Assembly: GCA_964016885.1 (NCBI GenBank)
Contig: OZ024752.1
Span: 27,218,001-27,282,000, forward strand
Source: Eledone cirrhosa
Lineage: Eukaryota
Reading direction: 5' to 3'
Length of the DNA stretch: 64,000 nucleotides
Position 1 is the stretch's first letter; each line of letters opens with the position of its first letter. The notes under the pieces are model-generated. The model saw only the letters and a program-made list of their open reading frames with translations. It was not told the DNA's origin and did no database searches. Shown piece after piece: positions 53,101 through 64,000 of this stretch. The translations under genes and the position numbers were made by a program.

Positions 53101-56100
53101 GCTGTGGACCTAGTACCAATTTCGTTTATCCACACACAAACTGTGGAACTAGTACCAACTTCGGTTATCAACACACAAACTGTGGAGCTAGTACCAACTT
53201 CGTCTATCAAGACACAAACTGTGGAACTAGTACCAACTTCGGCTATCAACACACAATGTGTGGAACTAGTACCAACTTCGTCTATCAACACACAAACTGT
53301 GGAACTAGTACCAACTTCGTCTATCAACACACAAACTGTGGAATTAGTACCAACTTCGTCTATCAACACACAAACTGTGGAACTAGTACCAACTTCCTCT
53401 ATCAACACACAAACTGTGGAACTAGTACCAACTTCGGCTATCAACAAACAAACTGTGGAACTAGTACAGACTTCGTCTATCAACACACAAACTGTGGAAC
53501 TAGTACCGACTTCGGCTATCAACACACAAATTGTGGAACTAGTACCAACTTCGACTATCAACACACAAACTGTGGAACTAGTACCAACTTCTTCTATCAA
53601 CACACAAACTGTGGAACTAGTACCAACTTCGACTATCAACACACAAACTGTGGAACAAGTACCAACTTCGACTATCAACACACAAACTGTGGAACTAGTA
53701 CCAACTTCGGCTATCAACACACAAACTGTGGAACTAGTACCAACTTCGTCTATTAACACAGAAACTGTGCAACTAGTACCAACTTCTTCTATCAACACAC
53801 AAACTGTGCAACTAGTACCAACTTCGGCTATCAACACACAAACTGTGGAACTAGTACCAACTTCTTCTATCAACACACAAACTGTGCAACTAGTACCAAC
53901 TTCGGCTATCAACACACAAACTGTGGAACTAGTACCAACTTCGTCTATCAACACACAAACTGTGGAACTAGTACCAACTTCTTCTATCAACACACAAACT
54001 GTGGAACTAGTACCAACTTCGGCTATCAACACACAAACTGTGGAACTAGTACCAACTTCGGCTATCAACACACAAACTGTGCAACTATTACCAACTTCGG
54101 CTATCAACACAGAAACTGTGGAACTAGTCAAACTTCTAGTATCAACACACAAACTGTGGAACTAGTACCAACTTCGGCTATCAACACACAAACTGTGGAA
54201 CTAGTGCCAACTTCGGCTATCAACACACAAACTGTGGACCTAGTGCCAACGTCGTCTATCAACACATAAACTGTGGAACTAGTACCAACTTCGTCTATCA
54301 ACACACAAACTGTGGAACTAGTACCAGCTTCGGCTATCAACAGACAAACTGTAGAACTAGTACCAACTTCGTCTATCAACACACAAACTGTGGAACTAGT
54401 ACCAACTTCGTCTATCAACACACAAACTGTGAAACTAGTGCCAACTTCTTTATCAACACACAAACTATGCAACTAGTACCAACTTCGGCTATCAACACAC
54501 GAACTGTGGAACTAGTACCAACTACAGCTATCAACACACAATCTCTGGAACTAGTACCAGCTTCGTCTATCAACACACAAACTGTGGAACTAGTACAAAC
54601 TTCGTGTATCAACACACAAACTGTGGAACTAGTACCAACTTCGGCTATCAACACACAAAATGTGGAACTAGTACCAACTTCGGCTATCAACACACAAACT
54701 GTGGAACTAGTACCAACTTCGGCTATCAATACACGAACTGTGGACCTAGTGCCAACTTCGTCTATCAACACACAAACTGTGGAACTAGTACCAACTTCAG
54801 CTATCAACACACAAACTGTAGAACTAGTACAGACTTCGTCTATCAACACACAAACTGTGGAACTAGTACCGATTCGGCTATCAACACACAAACTGTGGAA
54901 CTAGTACCAACTTCGACAATCAACACACAAACTGTGGAACTAGTACCAACTTCTTCTATCAACACACAAACTGTGGAACTAGTACCAACTTCGGCTATCA
55001 ACACACAAACTGTGGAACTAGTACCAACTTCGGCTATCAACACACAAACTGTGCAACTATTACCAACTTCGGCTATCAACACAGAAACTGTGGAACTAGT
55101 CAAACTTCTAGTATCAACACACAAACTGTGGAACTAGTACCAACTTCGGCTATCAACACACAAACTGTGGAACTAGTGCCAACTTCGGCTATCAACACAC
55201 AAACTGTGGACCTAGTGCCAACGTCGTCTATCAACACATAAACTGTGGAACTAGTACCAACTTCGTCTATCAACACACAAACTGTGGAACTAGTACCAGC
55301 TTCGGCTATCAACAGACAAACTGTAGAACTAGTACCAACTTCGTCTATCAACACACAAACTGTGGAACTAGTACCAACTTCGTCTATCAACACACAAACT
55401 GTGAAACTAGTGCCAACTTCTTTATCAACACACAAACTGTGCAACTAGTACCAACTTCGGCTATCAACACACGAACTGTGGAACTAGTACCAACTACAGC
55501 TATCAACACACAATCTCTGGAACTAGTACCAGCTTCGTCTATCAACACACAAACTGTGGAACTAGTACAAACTTCGTGTATCAACACACAAACTGTGGAA
55601 CTAGTACCAACTTCGGCTATCAACACACAAAATGTGGAACTAGTACCAACTTCGGCTATCAACACACAAACTGTGGAACTAGTACCAACTTCGGCTATCA
55701 ATACACGAACTGTGGACCTAGTGCCAACTTCGTCTATCAACACACAAACTGTGGAACTAGTACCAACTTCGGCTATCAATACACAAACTGTGGAACTAGT
55801 ACCAACTTCGGCTGTCAACACACAATTTGTGGAACTAGTACCAACTTCGTGTATCAACACAGAAACTGTGGAACTAGTACCAACTTCGTCTATCAACACA
55901 CAAACTGTGGAACTATTACCAACTTCGTCTATCAACACACAAACTGTGGAACTAGTACCAACTTCAGCTATCAACACACAAACTGTAGAACTAGTACAGA
56001 CTTCGTCTATCAACACACAAACTGTGGAACTAGTACCGACTTCGGCTATCAACACACAAACTGTGGAACTAGTACCAACTTCGACAATCAACACACAAAC

Positions 56101-59100
56101 TGTGGAACTAGTACCAACTTCTTCTATCAACACACAAACTGTGGAACTAGTACCAACTTCGACTATCAACACACAAACTGTGGAACTAGTACCAACTTCG
56201 ACTATCAACACACAAACTGTGGAACTAGTACCAACTTCTTCTATCAACACACAAACTGTGCAACTAGTACCAACTTCGTCTATCAACACAGAAACTGTGG
56301 AACTAGTACCAACTTCTTCTATCAACACACAAACTGTGCAACTAGTATCAACTTCGGCTATCAACCCACAAACTGTGGAACTAGTACCAACTTCTTCTAT
56401 CAACACACAAACTGTGCAACTAGTATCAACTTCGGCTATCAACCCACAAACTGTGGAACTAGTACCAACTTCGGCTATCAACACACAAACTGTGGACCTA
56501 GTACCAACTTCGTCTATCAACACACAAACTGTGGAACTAGTACCAGCTTCGGCTATCAACAGACAAACTGTAGAACTAGTACCAACTTCGTCTATCAACA
56601 CACAAACTGTGGTACTAGTACCAACTTCGTCTATCAACACACAAACTGTGGAACTAGTACCAACTTCGGCTATCAACACACGAACTGTGGACCTAGTGCC
56701 AACTTCGTCTATCAACACACAAACTGTGGAACTAGTACCAACTTCGGCTATCAACACACAAACTGTGGAACTAGTACCAACTTCGGCTGTCAACACACAA
56801 CTTGTGGAACTAGTACCAACTTCGTGTATCAACACAGAAACTGTGGAACTAGTACCAACTTCGTCTATCAACACACAAACTGTGGAACTAGTACCAACTT
56901 CGTCTATCAACACACAAACTGTGGAACTAGTACCAACTTCGGCTATCAACACACAAACTGTGGAACTAGTACCTACTTCGACTATCAACACACAAACTGT
57001 GGAACTAGTACCAACTTCGGCTATCAACACACAAACTGTGGAACTAGTACAGACTTCGTCTATCAACACACAAACTGTGGAACTAGTACCGACTTCGGCT
57101 ATCAACACACAAATTGTGGAACTAGTACCAACTTCGACTATCAACACACAAACTGTGGAACTAGTACCAACTTCTTCTATCAACACACAAACTGTGGAAC
57201 TAGTACCAACTTCGACTATCAACACACAAACTGTGGAACAAGTACCAACTTCGACTATCAACACACAAACTGTGGAACTAGTACCAACTTCGGCTATCAA
57301 CACACAAACTGTGGAACTAGTACCAACTTCGTCTATTAACACAGAAACTGTGCAACTAGTACCAACTTCTTCTATCAACACACAAACTGTGCAACTAGTA
57401 CCAACTTCGGCTATCAACACACAAACTGTGGAACTAGTACCAACTTCGACTATCAACACACAAACTGTGGAACTAGTACCAACTTCTTCTATCAACACAC
57501 AAACTGTGCAACTGGTACCAACTTCGGCTATCAACACACAAACTGTGGAACTAGTACCAACTTCGACTATCAACACACAAACTGTGGAACTAGTACCAAC
57601 TTCTTCTATCAACACACAAACTGTGCAACTCGTACCAACCTCGGCTATCAACACAGAAACTGTGCAACTAGTACCAACTTCGTCTATCAACACACAAACT
57701 GTGGAACTAGTACCAACTTCGGCTATCAACACACAAACTGTGGAACTAGTACCAACTTCGGCTATCAACACACAAACTGTGCAACTATTACCAACTTCGG
57801 CTATCAACACAGAAACTGTGGAACTAGTCAAACTTCTAGTATCAACACACAAACTGAGGAACTAGTGCCAACTTCGGCTATCAACACACAAACTGTGGAC
57901 CTAGTGCCAACGTCGTCTATCAACACATAAACTGTGGAACTAGTACCAACTTCGTCTATCAACACACAAACTGTGGAACTAGTACCAGCTTCGGCTATCA
58001 ACAGACAAACTGTAGAACTAGTACCAACTTCGTCTATCAACACACAAACTGTGGAACTAGTACCAACTTCGTCTATCAACACACAAACTGTGAAACTAGT
58101 GCCAACTTCTTTATCAACACACAAACTGTGCAACTAGTACCAACTTCGGCTATCAACACACGAACTGTGGAACTAGTACCAACTACAGCTATCAACACAC
58201 AATCTCTGGAACTAGTACCAGCTTCGTCTATCAACACAGAAACTGTGGAACTAGTACAAACTTCGTGTATCAACACACAAACTGTGGAACTAGTACCAAC
58301 TTCGGCTATCAACACACAAAATGTGGAACTAGTACCAACTTCGGCTATCAACACACAAAATGTAGACCTAGTGCCAACTTCGTCTATCAACACACAAACT
58401 GTGGAACTAGTACCAACTTCGGCTATCAATACACAAACTGTGGAACTAGTACCAACTTCGGCTGTCAACACACAATTTGTGGAACTAGTACCAACTTCGT
58501 GTATCAACACAGAAACTGTGGAACTAGTACCAACTTCGTCTATCAACACACAAACTGTGGAACTATTACCAACTTCGTCTATCAACACACAAACTGTGGA
58601 ACTAGTACCAACTTCAGCTATCAACACACAAACTGTAGAACTAGTACAGACTTCGTCTATCAACACACGAACTGTGGAACTAGTACCGACTTCGGCTATC
58701 AACACACAAACTGTGGAACTAGTACCAACTTCGACTATCAACACACAAACTGTGGAACTAGTACCAACTTCTTCTATCAACACACAAACTGTGGAACTAG
58801 TACCAACTTCGACTATCAACACACAAGCTGTGGAACTAGTACCAACTTCGACTATCAACACACAAACTGTGGAACTAGTACCAACTTCTTCTATCAACAC
58901 ACAAACTGTGCAACTAGTACCAACTTCGTCTATCAACACAGAAACTGTGGAACTAGTACCAACTTCTTCTATCAACACACAAACTGTGCAACTAGTATCA
59001 ACTTCGGCTATCAACCCACAAACTGTGGAACTAGTACCAACTTCTTCTATCAACACACAAACTGTGCAACTAGTATCAACTTCGGCTATCAACCCACAAA

Positions 59101-62100
59101 CTGTGGAACTAGTACCAACTTCGGCTATCAACACACAAACTGTGGACCTAGTACCAACTTCGTCTATCAACACACAAACTGTGGAACTAGTACCAGCTTC
59201 GGCTATCAACAGACAAACTGTAGAACTAGTACCAACTTCGTCTATCAACACACAAACTGTGGAACTAGTACCAACTTCGTCTATCAACACACAAACTGTG
59301 GAACTAGTACCAACTTCGGCTATAGACACACAAACTGTGCAACTAGTACCAACTTCGGCTATCAACACACAAACTGAGGAACTAGTACCAACTACAGCTA
59401 TCAACACACAATCTCTGGAACTAGTACCAACTTCGTCTATCAACACACAAACTGTGGAACTAGTACCAGCTTCGGCTATGAACACACAAACTGTGGAACT
59501 AGTACCAACTTCTTCTATCAACACACAAACTGTGGAACTAGTACCAACTTCGTCTATCAACACACAAACTGTGGAACTAGTACCAGCTTCGGCTATGAAC
59601 ACACAAACTGTGGAACTAGTACCAACTTCTTCTATCAACACACGAACTGTGGACCTAGTGCCAACTTCGTCTATCAACACACAAACTGTGGAACTAGTAC
59701 CAACTTCGGCTATCAACACACAAACTGTGGAACTAGTACCAACTTCGGCTGTCAACACACAACTTGTGGAACTAGTACCAACTTCGTGTATCAACACAGA
59801 AACTGTGGAACTAGTACCAACTTCGTCTATCAACACACAAACTGTGGAACTAGTACCAACTTCGTCTATCAACACACAAACTGTGGAACTAGTACCAACT
59901 TCGGCTATCAACACACAAACTGTGGAACTAGTACCTACTTCGACTATCAACACACAAACTGTGGAACTAGTACCGACTTCGGCTATCAACACACAAATTG
60001 TGGAACTAGTACCGACTTCGACTATCAACACACAAACTGTGGAACTAGTACCAACTTCTTCTATCAACACACACACTGTGGAACTAGTACCAACTTCGAC
60101 TATCAACACACAAACTGAGGAACTAGTACCAACTTCGGCTATCAACACACAATCTCTGGAACTAGTACCAGCTTCGTCAATCAACACACAAGCCGTGGAA
60201 CTAGTACACACTTCGTGTATCAACACACAAACTGTGGAACTAGTACCAACTTCGGCTATCAACACACAAACTGTGGAACTAGTACCAACTTCGGCTATCA
60301 ACACACAAACTGTGGAACTAGTACCAACTTCGGCTATCAACACACGAACTGTGGACCTAGTGCCAAATTCGTCTATCAACACACAAACTGTGGAACTAGT
60401 ACCAAATTCGGCTATCAACACACAAACTGTGGAACGAGTACAAACTTCGGCTGTCAACACACAAACTGTGGAACTAGTACCAACTTCGTCTATCAACACA
60501 CAAACTGTGGAACTAGTACCAACTTCGTCTATCAACACACAAACTGTGGAACTAGTACCAACTTCTTCTATCAACACACAAATTGTGGAACTAGTACCAA
60601 CTTCGTGTATCAACACAGAAACTGTGGAACTAGTACCAACTTCGTCTATCAACACACAAACTGTGGAACTAGTACCAACTTCGTCTATCAACACACAAAC
60701 TGTGGAACTAGTACCAACTTCGGCTATCAACACACAAACTGTGGAACTAGTACAGACTTCGTCTATCAACACACAAACTGTGGAACTAGTACCAACTTCG
60801 ACTATCAACACAGAAACTGTGGAACTAGTACCAACTTCGTCTATCACACACAAACTGTGGAACTAGTACCAACTTCGTCTATCAACACACAAACTGTGGA
60901 ACTAGTACAAACTTCGTCTATCAACACACAAACTGTGGAACTAGTACCAACTTCGTCTATCAACACACAAACTGTGGAACTAGTACCAACTTCTTCTATC
61001 AACACACGAAATGTGGACCTAGTGCCAACTTCGTCTATCAACACACAAACTGTGGAACTAGTACCAACTTCGGCTATCAACACAAACTGTGGAACTAGTA
61101 CCAACTTCGGCTGTCAACACACAACTTGTGGAACAAGTACCAACTTCGTGTATCAACACAAAAACTGTGGAACTAGTACCAACTTCGTCTATCAACACAC
61201 AAACTGTGGAACTAGTACCAACTTCGTCTATCAACACACAAACTGTGGAACTAGTACCAACTTCGGCTATCAACACACAAACTGTGGAACTAGTACCAAC
61301 TTCGGCTATCGACACACGAACTGTGGACCTAGTGCCAACTTCGTCTATCAACACACAAATTGTGGAACTAGTACCAAATTCGGCTATCAACACACAAACT
61401 GTGGAACTAGTACAAACTTCGGCTGTCAACACACAAATTGTAGAACTAGTACCAACTTCGTGTATCAACACAGAAAGTGTGGAACTAGTACCAACTTCGT
61501 CTATCAACACACAAACTCTGGAACTAGTACCAACTTCGTCTATCAACACACAAACTGTGGAACTAGTACCAACTTCTTCTATCAACACACAAAATGTGGA
61601 ACTAGTACCAACTTTGTGTATCAACACAGAAACTGTGGACTAGTACCAACTTCGTCTATCAACACACAAACTGTGGAACTAGTACCAACTTCGTCTATCA
61701 ACACACAAACTGTGGAACTAGTACCAACTTCGGCTCTCAACACACACACTGTGGAACTAGTACAGACTTCGTCTATCAACACACAAACTGTGGAACTAGG
61801 ACCGACTTCGGCTATCAACACACAAACTGTGGAACTAGTACCATCTTCGACTATCAACACACAAACTGTGGAACTAGTACCAACTTCTTCTATCAACACA
61901 CAAACTGTGGAACTAGTACCACCTTCGACTATCAACACACAAAATGTGGAACTAGTACCAAATTCGACTATCAACACACAAACTGTGGAACTAGTACCAA
62001 CTTCTTCTATCAACACACAAACTGTGAAACTAGTACCAACTTCGGCTATCAACACACAAACTGTGCAACTAGTATCAACTTCTTCTATCAACACACAAAC

Positions 62101-64000
62101 TGTGCAACTAGTATCAAATTCGGCTATCAACACACAAACTGTGGAACTAGTACCAACTTCTTCTATCAACACACAAACTGTGCAACTAGTACCATCTTCG
62201 GCTATCAACACACAAACTGTGGACCTAGTAGCAACTTCGTCTATCAACACACAAACTGTGGAACTAGTACCATCTTCGGCTATCAACACACAAACTGTGG
62301 ACCTAGTAGCAACTTCGTCTATCAACACACAAACTGTGGAACTAGTACCAGCTTCGGCTATCAACAGACAAATTGTAGAACTAGTACCAACTTCGTCTAT
62401 CGACACACGAACTGTGGACCTAGTGCCAACTTCGTCTATCAACACACAAATTGTGGAACTAGTACCAAATTCGGCTATCAACACACAAACTGTGGAACTA
62501 GTACAAACTTCGGCTGTCAACACACAAATTGTAGAACTAGTACCAACTTCGTGTATCAACACAGAAAGTGTGGAACTAGTACCAACTTCGTCTATCAACA
62601 CACAAACTCTGGAACTAGTACCAACTTCGTCTATCAACACACAAACTGTGGAACTAGTACCAACTTCTTCTATCAACACACAAAATGTGGAACTAGTACC
62701 AACTTTGTGTATCAACACAGAAACTGTGGACTAGTACCAACTTCGTCTATCAACACACAAACTGTGGAACTAGTACCAACTTCGTCTATCAACACACAAA
62801 CTGTGGAACTAGTACCAACTTCGGCTCTCAACACACACACTGTGGAACTAGTACAGACTTCGTCTATCAACACACAAACTGTGGAACTAGTACCGACTTC
62901 GGCTATCAACACACAAACTGTGGAACTAGTACCATCTTCGACTATCAACACACAAACTGTGGAACTAGTACCAACTTCTTCTATCAACACACAAACTGTG
63001 GAACTAGTACCACCTTCGACTATCAACACACAAAATGTGGAACTAGTACCAAATTCGACTATCAACACACAAACTGTGGAACTAGTACCAACTTCTTCTA
63101 TCAACACACAAACTGTGAAACTAGTACCAACTTCGGCTATCAACACACAAACTGTGCAACTAGTATCAACTTCTTCTATCAACACACAAACTGTGCAACT
63201 AGTATCAAATTCGGCTATCAACACACAAACTGTGGAACTAGTACCAACTTCTTCTATCAACACACAAACTGTGCAACTAGTACCATCTTCGGCTATCAAC
63301 ACACAAACTGTGGACCTAGTAGCAACTTCGTCTATCAACACACAAACTGTGGAACTAGTACCAGCTTCGGCTATCAACAGACAAATTGTAGAACTAGTAC
63401 CAACTTCGTCTATCAACACACAAACTGTGGAACTAGTACCAAATTCGTCTATCAACACACAAACTGTGGAACTAGTACCAACTTCTTTATCAACACACAA
63501 ACTGTAAAACTAGTACCAACTTCGGCTATCAACACACAAACTGAGGAACTAGTACCAACTACAGCTATCAACACACAATCTCTGGAACTAGTACCAGCTT
63601 CGTCTATCAACACACAAATCGTGGAACTAGTACACACTTCGTGTATCAACACACAAACTGTGGAACTAGTACCAACTTCAGCTATCAACACACAAACTGT
63701 GGAACTAGTACCAACTCCGGCTATCAACACACGAACTATGGACCTAGTGCCAACTTCGTCTATCAACACACAAACTGTGGAACTAGTACCAAATTCGTCT
63801 ATCAACACACAAACTGTGGAACTAGTACAAACTTCGGCTGTCAACACACAAATTGTGGAACTAGTACGAACTTCGTGTATTAACACAGAAACTGTGGAAC
63901 TAGTACCAACTTCGTCTATCAACACACAAACTGTGGAACTAGTACCAACTTCGTCTATCAACACACAAACTGTGGAACTAGTACCAACTTCGGCTATCAA
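11195..64000 (+). repeat. giant 39-bp tandem array (~1350 units, runs off the window end) with higher-order structure
   Basis: Consensus ACACAAACTGTGGAACTAGTACCAACTTCG(T/G/A)CTATCAAC. Translates as TQTVELVPTS(S/A/T)IN or YQHTNCGTSTNF(V/G/D) on + and VCVLI(D/A/V)EVGTSST on -. I saw no foreign insertion. Confidence 0.98.

Noticed and set aside
11195-64000. CRISPR array
   Set aside because: No unique spacers, no cas genes, eukaryotic context.

Overview
This is non-genic, AT- and microsatellite-rich animal DNA. The dense (TA)n/(CA)n/(TATG)n tracts suggest a cephalopod or decapod genome (inference only). Bases 1-11.2 kb are a nest of mobile elements inserted in or beside (TA)n. The main finding is a ~468-bp unit in near-identical tandem copies (978-3632), with a diverged direct copy (5591-6391) and a diverged inverted copy (9218-9766). 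Each complete junction carries a minimal type-I hammerhead ribozyme, and the main array starts at the predicted self-cleavage site, which makes it a retrozyme-like, candidate circRNA-producing family. The same zone holds a decayed Penelope-like RT/GIY-YIG retroelement (minus strand), a second Penelope-like 3' end with its own hammerhead, three fold-back elements with hammerhead 3' halves, and a non-autonomous Helitron. From 11195 to the window end is a >52-kb array of a 39-bp unit (about 1350 copies) with nested higher-order duplications. All the giant ORFs come from this array, because three of six frames are open in the unit. It could be a satellite or a decayed or giant mucin-like VNTR; no intact host gene is supported.
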